Assembly (NCBI RefSeq): GCF_000315625.1
Contig: NW_005434616.1
Span: 186,001-250,000 of the forward strand
Source of the DNA: Guillardia theta CCMP2712
Taxonomy: Eukaryota > Protista > Cryptophyta
Length of the DNA: 64,000 bases
Direction: 5' to 3'
The notes below the pieces were generated by a model. The model worked only from the letters and a program-made list of their open reading frames with translations. It was not told the origin of the DNA and searched no databases. Of this stretch, positions 25,718 to 37,730 are shown piece after piece; the stretch's first letter is position 1, and every line of letters begins with the position of its first letter. Made by a program: the position numbers and the translations under genes.

Positions 25718-27124
25718 ATGGTGAGGGGGACGTCTGGAGCGATGAGGCTGCTGCTGGTCGTCGCCATGTTGCTGCAAGTCTCCAGCCTTACAACTCTGAC
25801 GAGCCTTCCAAGGCCAAAGTGTTGGGTCACCTCTGTCAGGCAGCATGGATTGCTGCAAGCGGAGAGAATGAGAGGAGGAGCGTCGATGTCGCGGGAGTGG
25901 CTTGTGCTGTTTTCGATGTATCTCTCTCGAGCAGCATGCGATCGAGCATGGGCGTTCTATGTCAGCGTGTTGGTCGACAGCAGGTCAGGCTCCATGCTCT
26001 TCATCTTCCGAACTATCGTTCAGTTTCTTTTCGGATATTTCGTGACTAGGAAGGATTACGATTGGCTTGATCTTCACGCAGCTTTCCATGCGAAGGTGTT
26101 GCTGTTCGTGCAACAAGCTTCCTTCTTCGCGCTTGCAGCCTGCCTTCATGGCTTCTACATGCGACAGAAGACTCCGAGTGCGGTGGGCATGGTTCTTGCT
26201 GGAATCTTCTCCGGCATTGAGGTGACTCTGTCAAGGCACTTCAAGAACGTCAAGGGAAAGCGAGATGTCTACCTGCTGGCGTTGAAGTCTGTAGAGCCCT
26301 CTCAGAACCCCGACGTCACAATATCAAGAGCCAACGCCCTCCTGTCCCGCTTCGACTTAGCTTGTGCCACCCTCTCTCCCCTGGCCGTCTCCCTCCTCAT
26401 CTCCTCCTACGGCAAGGCGTCCACGTTGATCGCTCTGATTGCAGTGCAAGTGATCACTGCTGTTGTAAACACAATCTTGTTGTCCGTTGGAGATGCAGGA
26501 AGCAGTGAACCGAAGAACGAGATCAAACCGGTGAAGAAAGGAAGAGAACTCAAGACGGAGCAGGCTCCCATTGTGCCATGGCAGATCCATGCATTGGTGG
26601 TCTGCTATTCTCTCCTCTTTTTCACAGTCTTCAGTCCCAATGGGCTCTTCAACATGTACCTCAGCGAGAGCGGCATGCCCAATCATCAGATCGCGATGTT
26701 TGGTAGCTCCGCTCAGTTCTGCGGCGTCATTGCCACCGTCCTCGTGCACCACGTCGTCCATTACTGGGGGATCATCCGCACGTGCCTTGCCTTTCAGTCC
26801 CTTCAGTCCGCCAGTGTGATCGCTGCAGCCCTTTTGGTACGGAGGAGCCTCATGGCAGAGGCAGCCTTCTTCTGCACGCTCTCGCGGCTGGGCTTCTGGG
26901 GGTTCATCCTGTGTGAGAGGACGTTGATTCAAAAGCACACCAGGGCAAGGGTGCAGGTGTTCACGACCGAGACCAGCCTGACGGAGATCATGTCTCTGGC
27001 CATTTTCGTCTCTAGTCTGGCCTCAAACAACTTTCAGCTGCTGTGTTGGCTGTCAGCGGCTGCTACAAGTGCATGCTCTCTCCTGATCGGACTCGTTTAC
27101 TTGGTGCCCTTGAAAGGAGAATGA
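25718..27124 (+). CDS. Ferroportin (SLC40)-like MFS transporter with N-terminal signal peptide
   Basis: YLSRAACDRAWAF (cf. WGDRMWHF), ANALLSRFDL (cf. NATIRRID), SRLGFWGF..LIQ (cf. ARIGLWSFD..LLQ); about 11-12 hydrophobic segments. Probable start at 25742. Confidence 0.75.
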   Translation: MVRGTSGAMRLLLVVAMLLQVSSLTTLTSLPRPKCWVTSVRQHGLLQAERMRGGASMSREWLVLFSMYLSRAACDRAWAFYVSVLVDSRSGSMLFIFRTIVQFLFGYFVTRKDYDWLDLHAAFHAKVLLFVQQASFFALAACLHGFYMRQKTPSAVGMVLAGIFSGIEVTLSRHFKNVKGKRDVYLLALKSVEPSQNPDVTISRANALLSRFDLACATLSPLAVSLLISSYGKASTLIALIAVQVITAVVNTILLSVGDAGSSEPKNEIKPVKKGRELKTEQAPIVPWQIHALVVCYSLLFFTVFSPNGLFNMYLSESGMPNHQIAMFGSSAQFCGVIATVLVHHVVHYWGIIRTCLAFQSLQSASVIAAALLVRRSLMAEAAFFCTLSRLGFWGFILCERTLIQKHTRARVQVFTTETSLTEIMSLAIFVSSLASNNFQLLCWLSAAATSACSLLIGLVYLVPLKGE

Positions 27125-27144
27125 ACTTTTGACCACGGAAACAG

Positions 27145-30100
27145 CTACCTTGTCATCGCGTATGAACTATTGCGTTGCTCCGGGTTCGATCTCCCAGCTG
27201 CAACTCCAAGATGCACTTTACCCCTTTGGCACCAGGTGAGCGGAGAGGGAAGCATTGGGGCCACCTTACCTCTCTCGAAGTTTTCGACCCAATAAACAAC
27301 ATTGAATAACCTTGATAAAAGTTTTTCCTGTGCCCCAATTATCACTTCACAGCGAAGAGGATTTCCATGAAGCAGGTCTAACGCGATTGAGCCGCAGCTT
27401 CATGGATGTTACGAGTTCCTTTCTTCGACTCAGCTTTACCGCCATATCCTCATAGTCCTATGGCAACATTCCAGGCTCACTGCAGCGATAGCAACTCAAC
27501 GACGGTACCTTCTCATTGCGTGCAACAAGGATTCCTGAAGAAATCGCGAAGGAGAACGATGAAGAAATCCGAGAAGCCATGCTCTCCAACGGAAGAACGA
27601 TCATGCTCACCCCCGCCTTCGAAGCATGTGAGAGGACAACATCGCACCATGTTCAATACCCATAGAGCATCTCCGGCAGTAACATGTGCGTTGTAGTTGG
27701 GTGTATCAAGAAAGACGTCGGCATGGCCCTTTTCATAGATGTGAGGGGAAAGAAAGCGAATGACTGGGGTGACACTGGCTGATAAGAAGATAGCAGTGAG
27801 ACGGACCTTGATGAAAATATGATCCGAAGATGAAAAGGGAGTCGAGAATATGAGCCTTGACTCATTCACACCTGGAACAACTCAACCATGACTGCGAGGA
27901 ATATTGTGATGGAGGTTCCAACCTGCATTCATGGCTCTGGATTTTAAATTCTTTTCTGTGCCGTCTGACATTGCTAAACGTGTTAACCACAGCAAGGAAT
28001 TATTTGCCTGGTTGAATGTCAGAAGATGGAAGCGACTCAACGATGGCGGCAATTCCTGTGTCATTATGCGCATCCAGCTGTCCCAGGTACGGTGATTGAT
28101 CTTTTTCACACGATTGAAACACGCAAAAAGTATTTCATAGTGATCTTTCCGCAACCAATGATATCTGCTTGCTCGTTGGTCGATATTCAAATTGATCACG
28201 ATACTAACTCTTCTGGTACAGGTCTGACGTCCGCCCTGGTTCCGAAGAGATTCTTGTGGGCTAGTACATGATGCGATGATGGAAGCAAGAGCAGATTCTC
28301 CGTGAAGAAGGAGCTGAGACAGTCTCAAACAAGTTGCAACAAGTTTCTAAACGATCAGATACCTGTAGTCCGGAGGTGTACTGACGCGATCGGTCAACAA
28401 GTAGTCCACAAATCTTAACCTGCAGGCGATGGAAATTGACAAGACGCAGCTGAAGAATCAGTTGCATGAGTTACCCACTAGTGCCAGCATATCCAAGAGC
28501 ATTAAGAATCAGCATCGCGGGCCTGTTGGAAAGAAACCTTCAGTAACTTGAATCTAGGCCAGAGACAACCTGTGCAACAATATGTCATTGCGATCCTCTC
28601 CTGACCATCCGTTGAGATTCACTATCACATGTAATTTCTGATACATAAGGAACGGCTATCAGCAACACACCAGGCATTGTCAGGATTGGAATGGATACTT
28701 GCTGGTTCAGTAAAGAAGCAGCCTTTGAGCTCCGCATGTCGCCCACCTGCAAGAGGCCGTCAAAATCCTCCCCGCACCACACGTCCAAATCTTTTTACGG
28801 CAATATATTGGCTCCCACATTCTCGAAGAACCTTGGTTCAGTATTCATTATGAATATCTGATCAAAGCCACCATTACCTCGGATCTCCAGTTCACATTTG
28901 ATCTGTTGATTCCTTTTGGATGAGCATCTAGGCAGAAAACTTTAACCTTTGCCCGAGTCAGGATTCACATTTGCCAGAACATGAGGATGTGAACGCACTT
29001 GTTTCTTGTTGTGCGCTTCAAGAATTGGCAGCAACAGCTGTCCGATCGGATGGCTCAATTTGAAATCAGACGAAAAGTAAGCAATTGAGACAGGTCTGTG
29101 AATATCAAGCGATCGAAAAGGAGCTGAAGGTGCAAGTTTTGCAGCTTCCATGTTCAAATCAGAGGCATACATCTTCGATTAGAAGTGTCATATTGAATAT
29201 GATTTACTCGCTTCGTACCTGTGCCAAGTGGAGAAATTCCAATGCATCAAAGTTGAAGTACAATGCTTCATAAGGGCTCAAGAATCGTTTGATTTTGCTC
29301 TTTGCAGTCGCGGCTTTATCAAGGTGAAGTCAAGACACACAGCCCTCAAAGAATCTAAGTACCACGTATGGCTTTCAGCTCCTCTTTCATACCAGAAAGG
29401 TATGACTCCATTTCTTCCCAATTACCTGAAACAATTCAGCTCTAGTACGATTAAGTTGAGTTTGTACAAGTCGTCTGGAGCGCCGATAAAAGGCTGGAAT
29501 GGCATTCTTTTGACCCATCTACTCAAGTTCAATGTTTTTGCTCATCGAGAATTCATTTCACCTTCACTGCTCTCCTTAGAACAGACGCTGAATTGTCATA
29601 ATCGCGCATTTCATTGCTTGCAAATGTGGTCCTTTGTTCCAAATGTGAGGAACAGACAGCAAACATTTCATTGATACCCTATCGTCCAAAGGTCTAAAGC
29701 TGTGATCGATGGAAGATCTCTTAATCGAAAAAGGATGAACTTTGCGAGATTGACACTTCCAAGTTGAATCAGTCGTTTGACAATCTCGGGAACGAGTGCC
29801 ATGATGGATTCACGATGCCTGGACTCGTACCACGATCTTCTCATAGCTGAATAGATCATGGGAGCGAATTCTTCCTTGTACAAATTGCTTTTCAATCTGA
29901 AAGCTTTGCACAAACACACACTTAGAATTGCATTCAAAAACCGAAACAATCAATGAATACCTGCTATTTCAAAAAGTGCAAGCGCACTATCAATCTTATC
30001 CCCAAGTCTGAGGATCATCTGACGAAGTCTTGATTCCATCTCAACAACTTCAGGTGAAGGATGCTCTAGTATGCTCAATGAATTGGCGAAGGCCCTTAGA

Positions 30101-30844
30101 TTCTCAAGATTGGACGGCTCCGAAGTGGCAGATTGCATCAAAAGATAAGAGGCCCTCTCCACTTCACCTACTTTGCCTAGTTATGAAATATTGAATTTGA
30201 TGGAAACAAGGAATTTCTTTCCTGTCTCCAAGAGAAGAGATCCAGCATTAAAATACGAATCGGCAGGGCTGGCTGAAAATTTTGAAGCATTCAGATACTG
30301 AAAGATGATGGTAAGTTCCAACAGGTCAGCAAAGCCAACGAAATACAGCAAAGATCGCTTGTTCACTGTTTTTCTGGAGACGATAGACATTGCCCAAATT
30401 ATTGTAGGCATGGGATATCGTATCTGCAACTAGATTCTTGAACAGTATCAGTTCTATAATGAGAGACATCCGTACAGCTACCGAACAACTCGCTGCCATC
30501 GAATAAGCTTCTTGCGCAAGAATCCAGCTTTCGATAGAAGCCCAGCAGTTCCCACACATCAACAGCATTGTCCCGACATGTGCCTCATTGCAAGCTTGAT
30601 GGGACCTAGATGAGAAAATCATGATCTGCATTGCCGTCAGCGCGAGGGGATACCTGATCCTGCGTATGCTTGCACAGCTCTTTGCACAGCATTGGAAATC
30701 TCCAAGATAGAGGCAGCTGCGCGCGATCACGTCGTAGCCAGCAGAGTCCTCTGCAGCACAGCATCGTTCATACTTTCACATGGTCGGTGTACACCTCACC
30801 CACAGAAAATCCCAGGAGCTGCTCACCACAGGAAATCGCAGCAT
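27145..30844 (-). CDS. TPR + glycosyltransferase family 41 (OGT/SPINDLY-like), many exons
   Basis: HAYNNLGNVY and DSYFNAGSLL TPRs; IAYFSSDF..HPIGQLL; LGYAGTSG; FACFNRVKKI; DVFLDTPNYNAHVTAGDALW. Start approximate. Confidence 0.85.
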
Positions 30845-31096
30845 GAAACTACCCGGCAAACATGTCAAGGAACTTTATATGACAATTTCTACTTCCTGCC
30901 TGAGACTCTGCGATGAGCCTCTCAGCCGTTTCAATTACAGACAGCTTGTCCGATGATGATGTAGGACATGGCTTCCTTTGGACCCCGCAGACAGCAAGCA
31001 ACCAGGTTAAGTTGATGCAAGCGCGAAAAAGTGGGTAGAATCGCATCGAAGACGGGATCGATCTCGACTTGGAGAGCAAGTTGGACTCCCCGTCAC

Positions 31097-31483
31097 TCAC
31101 TGCATCTTCAGATGTTCTGGAATTCTCGAATCCTCATCCTCTTGATCTCCCTTGAGATTCATCAGCTCGATTCAAACGAAGTTCAAGGGAATACCTCTGC
31201 AAGAAGATGCTGCTTCAGTTCCTCCTCTCCCGAAGTCTCTTGTGAGAAGGAACCGCCCAAAAACAATCTGCTTGGAAGTTGAGTGAGAATGAGCTTCATA
31301 ACAGTACTATCTGAACCCGATGAGGTACAAGATGTAGATCGCCTTTGAAGAAAGTCAGGTCCAGTGAAACGAAGCGACTGTTTCCTCCTTACCGCAATGC
31401 CAACTTGCATGACAAGGACGAAACGGATCAAGAGCAGATACACCTGTGTGGACCGTCAGAACAAGACCAGCATGCACCGCCAT
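31097..31483 (-). CDS. Possible small spliced gene, unknown function
   Basis: Open frames linkable by short GT-AG introns; no recognisable motif. Confidence 0.3.
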
Positions 31484-31755
31484 GCTGGCGATCGGCAGCC
31501 AGCGCGCAGCACACACCTCCCCTTCGCTGAAATCCCACAGCATTAGGAGAGTGCTGAAACTCATCGCCCTCGTATGCCAGACTATGTCCTACAGAAACTG
31601 CTACAGAAATAGGTCCTAGCACATTGGTTGAGTCATAAGTAACTCAACTAGTGGAAATGGTCCTAGGAAAGTCATGTACTAGGGGTATTATGAAAGGACC
31701 GGTGGGTTGGGATTTTTGGCGCCTTTTTTTTCCTCCACCACAAACTTTGGACATC

Positions 31756-32790
31756 ATGGCATCGCCACAGGCAAACAGCGGGAGGAGGAGGAGGAGGAGG
31801 AGGAGGCTAGGCCCTCCAGTTGAATGGATTGATCACGTGAAGGATAGATCCGACATACAGGACGGGGAACTGAGAGAAAGGAGCCAGAAATGTGCAGCAG
31901 AACCTAATAGCAACGGCCAACAAACATCAGAAGCAGATCACAAACAGGTACAAATTCTTGCAGAGTGCTTTTGATCTTTTGATGACATTCATAGATTGAA
32001 AATTTGAGAGCTGAAGTAGCAAAGAGGGAAGAGATGATCAAACTGATGGAGCAGAAGCATGCTTTTGAAATGGAGCAAGCCTTAGCAAGCAGTAAGGAAA
32101 AGAGACAAGAGCTGGAGGGAAAGCTTCTTATGGAAAAGGAGAAAACCCAAGAACTGCAAAGCACAGGAAGGTAAAATGGCTTGAAGTACAAGATCACTAA
32201 AATGAAATTGAGCAGTAAACACCCTTGCTCAGAAAATGTCGCAGTGGAAGTCGGACCTATTCATGTTGGTAAAGTCGGAAACTGTAGACCGTAGGTAGGG
32301 TGATTAAAGAATGCGTGAATACACCAAGTAAGGCAGTGCAAATATGGAATACTTCTAGAGAGCACAGCGGTATATTTCCGATTTACACCAGATTGCTTTA
32401 AATCTACACGACAGTCGGGCCAAAATCATGGGAATGCTCTGACCTGCAGGCTTTGTGAGAAGAGAGCATTTATCATTTTGATCAAGCTGACCTGTTCAGC
32501 AAGAAAGGCCTCGTGACCAATGATGATAAGACAAACCCTCCGAAACTGTAGGGGGCAATAGAGTTTGCAACGCCGATCGCACCTGAAAACTATAGGTCAA
32601 ATCTTTCAATCAATTGGCGGTGAAGCATACAAAAATGGGCTACAACAGCCGTTCCACCCACAGAAAACTCCTTAGACCTGCATGGAGAGGTTCAAAACTT
32701 GTGTTCTATGACTCCTGGGTGATCACATAGTAGATTTTTCTTGGAAAAGCTCTCGAATAAGATATACTTGAATGCCGGACGCTACAACGC
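31756..32790 (+). CDS. Unknown coiled-coil protein (multi-exon; end approximate)
   Basis: ATG 31756; spliced heptad exon IENLRAEVAKREEMIKLMEQKHAFEMEQALASSKEKRQELEGKLL. Confidence 0.5.
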
Positions 32791-32799
32791 TGAGCCCCA

Positions 32800-34713
32800 T
32801 GCTCCCGACAGCTGTGGGAAAGTTTTAAAGAAGATAAATCGAAAAACCGAATCGCAACCTGCAGGAATGCTGGCTTGCGCTGCTCTCTGGAGAGTGCCTG
32901 GAAGCGGAATCACAGTTTTCTGCCTGATGATCCTGTCCAAATCCTTCACAAGAAGGAAGACATAGACTGTTCCGGAATGCACCTGTAGTGTCGGAGGGTT
33001 CCCCATAGCGATCCGCAAACTCCCGCCCATAATGCATTCTTTTAAAGCAAAATGTTAAGACGACTTTAGCGATGATCAAGCAAACAACCAGCATGACCCG
33101 CGGAAAATCCCATGAAATGTCTTGAGAAGTGATCTTGCTGTGAAATCTGGTTTCGGACAAACTGTACAGATATCATGAATTATCACAATACGACGACAAC
33201 AAAGAAAGGTACATGGGCTCAAATGTTGCGTCGTAGGATAAACTTGGAATCGCATTTGCAATCTCTCTTGATACATCGACTGCAGCAATCACATGTTATC
33301 CAACAAAGAGCTCTGAGGTGCAACATTCTTATTACCTATCAGCCTTGCAGCGAGAGGATCGGAGTCTTTCTTTCTGTGATACAAATCGACAAGACTCTGG
33401 GGAAAACAATGGAAACGAGAGATCAAAAGAACAGGCAAACACAAACAAAAACTACCTTCGTCAACTCCGGCGAATTCAAGAAATTCGTCGACTAAGCCAT
33501 TCAACGTCTTAATGTAAGATTGAATCGTGAAAATAAAGAGTGCACCTCTTCACTCCGAAGCTTTGCAATTCCACCAATCGCACGAATAATGGCCTTGCAA
33601 ATGAACATGTGAATTTAACAAAAGAAACAATCGAGTTTCAGCTAACCAGTCTGCGGATGTTATGGTTCTGGAACTCCAAGATTTCTTGGCGGGTTCTTGG
33701 AATGATTTCATCTCTTGATAGGATATCGAGCATGAGCTTTTGAGCAGCTTGTACAAGCACATGTGAGAATCGAATAGCAAAGCAAAAGAATCACCTGTGC
33801 TCTTGCACAAGATTTCCTGGCCGCGAGGATCGGTCGCGATGCTTGCTACCAACATCGCTTCTGAAGGAGTCCAATTCCGAGCCTTAGTTGTCTCTCGTAC
33901 AACAGCATCGTTCATGTCTGTCTGCTCGTCGTCAGCAGCGTAGGATCCAAACGTTTGCCCGCGCGCAAAATGTGATGGAGCCCTGGAGGGTTTTCCTTCA
34001 CTCCTATTCTGTCGATATTCCAACGCAAGTGCCGCCCAGTCATATTCGCTCTCATCTGAGATGAGCGAGTTAATAACATCCATGTACCTCTCTGAAGCGA
34101 AAAATCTCTCCCTGCCTCGATCACAATCCATAACAACTGCAAGCATTTGAGAGCTAAATTCCCGATTGTTGAAGGCAGACACGAATTGATCGCGAAAATT
34201 GTCTATTTGCCCGCTAGAAATTGACAGAGCATACAAGTTCTCTAGCTTTGAGACATAATCCTGTAAATCGTTGCTCGTGCGTACCTGCAAGTTCACGAGA
34301 GCCTCGACACAACCATTCCTCGCCAGCTTCTCTCGCACTTCATCTGGCCTGCGCCCAGCGAACACGAAAAGAGCGCGAAGAGCTTTCAAACCCGAGGATG
34401 CACGCAATTCTTTGACAATCCGCTTGTAAAGATTTTCATCTTCAATAGAATTGATGACGTAGATTGTCAATGACCCACTTGCAACTGCGAATATCCATGG
34501 CCATAGAGTGTATCGTCCCTTGGAGTAATCATTGCCGTTCCCTTCAGTTGGTGTGCTTGAAAACCTTCGATTGTTTGCAAATGAAAACTGCATGACACGA
34601 TGGTGAACACTCGGCACACTGATCTGCGCAGATCGCAGACATTTAAATCGACACAACTGAGTCAAATGATGGCGTGCCTGAACCCATTCATGCCGGAGAA
34701 ACAGCGCCTGCAT
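32800..34713 (-). CDS. Unknown protein with mitochondrial-type presequence, one TM helix and ARM-like helical body (3' exons approximate)
   Basis: 387-aa ORF; NNRRFSS cleavage-like motif; LWPWIFAVASGSLTIYVI; ARM-like LARNGCVEALVNL. Confidence 0.6.
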
Positions 34714-35575
34714 GGAAGGAACAGGGATCAGCTAGTCGAAGAACGCAACAAGGAAAGGGAGGAGAAACAACAAGAACAAGTGCCCGCATGCAGCCATTAC
34801 ACCATCTTTCCAAGCGGTTTGCGCTGAGCGGCCATACCATGATCTGAGGCGCACCTACCGAATGTTCGACAGGCAGTTAGCCCGGCGGCCCGCGGACTCG
34901 AGCCCCGCCCCGGCGGCGCGGCGTGTCCGCCGCCGGGCCGTCAGGGGCCCGGGGCCGGGCGCGGCAGGATGGTGGGCCGTGCGACTCACTGCCGATGCCA
35001 TGACTCAAGGGCTTTGGAGTTTACTACTCAAGGGCCGTTTGCTCAAGACAGAGTTTTTAATGGCACACGAAACTCACAGTAGTCAGCCACGAGCCGGGGT
35101 GCAGTCAGTCACAATTGAACGAGAGATAAGATAAGATCGGACAGGAAGAAAGAGAGACTCTGTGAAGCCTCCGCTTGTCCGCCTCCGCTTGCCCGCCGGC
35201 TTTTGAAGACCGGCCACAAGATAAAATTTGAACCGTAAAGAACTTGTGGCCAGAGTTTGCTGCCACGAAGTTGGAACATCCGTTTCGTTGAAGGCAAGTG
35301 AAGATGTTGCGGCAGTACGGTCCTTGATGGATCGCATGCCAGCCGTGCCAGTCAATGATAGCGCCGAGTTAACAAAAATGTCCTGTAAACGGCAAGACGA
35401 CCGTCACGTGTTTCTCATGATGTCTGGATGCTTAGTTTCACATCCTAGCATACAGTCTATCTGTCATGTGCTCCTCAACCCTTGCTTCTGGTGCATTTGA
35501 CTCGTTCTTGAGCAAAACCTGGCTTGTTACAACTGAGGTCAACCAATTTCTGCATTACTTTGCCATAGTACAGTT

Positions 35576-36553
35576 CTAGCCAATTTGTATTCTGCACTCC
35601 TTGCATACCGATTACCGCCGCCCGTGCTCGCATATGCTGCTGCCCCCGCACTCCTTGCATTGTGATCGCTGCCGCCCGTGCTCGCATATGCTGCTGCCCC
35701 CGCACTCCTTGCATTGTGATCGCTGCCGCCCGTGCTCGCATATGCTGCTGCCCCCGCACTCCTTGCATCGTGATCGGACCCGCCCGTGCTCGCATATGCT
35801 GCTGCCCCCGCACTCCTTGCATTGTGATCGCTGCCGCCCGTGCTCGCATATGCTGCTGCCCCCGCACTCCTTGCATCGTGATCGCCGCCGCCCGTGCTCG
35901 CATATGCTGCTCCCCCCGCAGTCCTTGCATCATGATCGCCGCCGCCCGTGCTCGCATATGCTGCTCCCCCCGCAGTCCTTGCATCATGATCGCCGCCGCC
36001 CGTGCTCGCATATGCTGCTGCCCCTGCACTCCTTGCATCGTGATCGCTGCCGCCCTTGCTCGCATATGCTGCTGCCCCCGCACTCCTTGCATTGTGATCG
36101 CCGCCGCCCGTGCTCGCATATGCTGCTGCCCCCGCACTCCTTGCATCGTGATCGGACCCGCCCGTGCTCGCATATGCTGCTGCCCCCGCACTCCTTGCAT
36201 TGTGATCGGACCCGCCCGTGCTCGCATATGCTGCTGCCCCCGCACTCCTTGCATCGTGATTGGACCCGCCCGTGCTCGCATATGCTGCTGCCCCCGCACT
36301 CCTTGCATCGTGATCGCTGCCGCCCGTGCTCGCATATGCTGCTGCCCCCGCACTCCTTGCATACCGATTGGACACACTTGTGCTGGGATGCAGCTTTAGT
36401 TTTTCGTCTCTTTTCTAGTCTCTGATGGTCTTCTGTCTCGTCCTTCTCTTCTTCTCTCGCGTCTGAGCTCAGCTTCCTACTCCTCTTCCCCAACCTCTCA
36501 CTGCTCCCCGTTGCCGCTGACATAGCTTTTCTCGCAGCACTCATCCCCCTCAT
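35576..36553 (-). pseudogene. Cys/His zinc-finger-like repeat protein with basic NLS-like leader, interrupted by three in-frame stops
   Basis: MRGMS..KRRKTK leader followed by the repeats; TGA at 35984 and 35930, TAA at 35612. Confidence 0.7.
35595..36365 (-). repeat. 54-bp tandem array, 15 CxxC units encoding CKECGGSSICEHGRxRSx
   Basis: cactccttgc (two units cagtccttgc) recurs every 54 nt from 35595 to 36351. Confidence 0.97.
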
Positions 36554-36902
36554 ACGATCACTGCTGAAGAGGGGATGAGGGCACTCAACCTTGATTGATG
36601 GTGCTGCGTGATGTCCACAAACTATTGCAGGTAAATGGGAAGCGACAATGCTGAGAGGAGATGAAGGAAGTGAGAACGCGATGAGACAAGAAGGTTGTGA
36701 TGAGATGAAACGTTGACCGGAAGAGAGTCGAAGAGGATCGGAGGGAGCGACGGAAACAGTGAGATGTAGAGAGTAGATAAACAGCAATATAAGGAAAGAT
36801 AGCAGAAGTATGCATGATAGAAACGGTCAAATCCATCGATCGAGTCGAGTAGAAGCAATCTGGGCTGGGTTAGCAAGTTAGCACTCGCTAGTATACTTGC
36901 AG

Positions 36903-37685
36903 GATCTAGACCAACTGAATCGGTTTCGCTCGATACAGCTTGAAGCTGTGAACAAAAGCAGCGAATATGTGAGAGGATCGTATGAATACCATCACTACGG
37001 CCAGGGAATCTCTGACCACGGTGATGAATCGTCTTTTCTTCATAGCATGCCTGATTGATGCGCAGGGTGGGGCTGCGCCTACAGGTCCTGCCAGACTATC
37101 TTCTCATGGTACGCTCTGAAGGGGTTCCGAGCTAGAGACGAGAAACGGGTCCCGTCCATACGAGAGATGCAAGAGGTGCTGGTTAAGATGGGCGACAAAC
37201 CTTGCAAGTTTCTCGGAAGTTCAGACTGGATAGGATCAGTCGAGATTTCCATCCTCCTCGACTACTTCTACTCCGCTCCCTGCAGAATCATCCACAGGAG
37301 GAATGACGAGCCGTGGGACCCCAGCATTACGAGATCTATCATGTCGCACTTCGCCGCAGTAGGGAGCCCAATCATGCTCGGTGGTCAGGGAGGAGGAGCA
37401 AGGACAGTGTTGGGTATCTGTATCTCAGAAGCGGAGGATGCGCAAGTTCCGAGGTGTCTGCTCCTTGATCCGCACTACTCAGGAGAGGACGAGATAGCAA
37501 GCCTGTCAAGGCATTCGTCGAGGGTTTGTGCATGGAGCACCTTCGATTCTATTTGTCGGCAGTACGGAAGTTTTACCAACTTGTGTCTCCCTCTCTTGCC
37601 CGTTGGAGTGCCAGGAGTTTTGGACGATGCCCCTGGGCATGATGACAATTCTGAGTGGGAGATGGAGGTTGTGGATGTAGGATGA
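36903..37685 (+). CDS. UFM1-specific protease (peptidase C78, UFSP1-like); first exon not located
   Basis: VRGSYEYHHY, spliced DH|GWGCAYRSCQT, VPSIREMQEVLV, FLGSSDWIGSVE, LLLDPHY. Confidence 0.88.
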
Positions 37686-37730
37686 TATCAAAAAGCTCTT
37701 TATTCGCCACCACAAGGCGAGGGCTGCCTT

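Noticed and set aside
35930-35986. Selenocysteine or recoded TGA in the zinc-finger array
   Set aside because: The TGAs replace Arg CGA rather than Cys, and a TAA also occurs; simple C>T decay explains them.
35595-36365. CRISPR-like array
   Set aside because: Units are contiguous 54-bp coding repeats with no unique spacers, no cas genes, and a eukaryotic context.
35475-36425. Four 245-300-aa ORFs in alternative frames
   Set aside because: By-products of a stop-free repeat unit.
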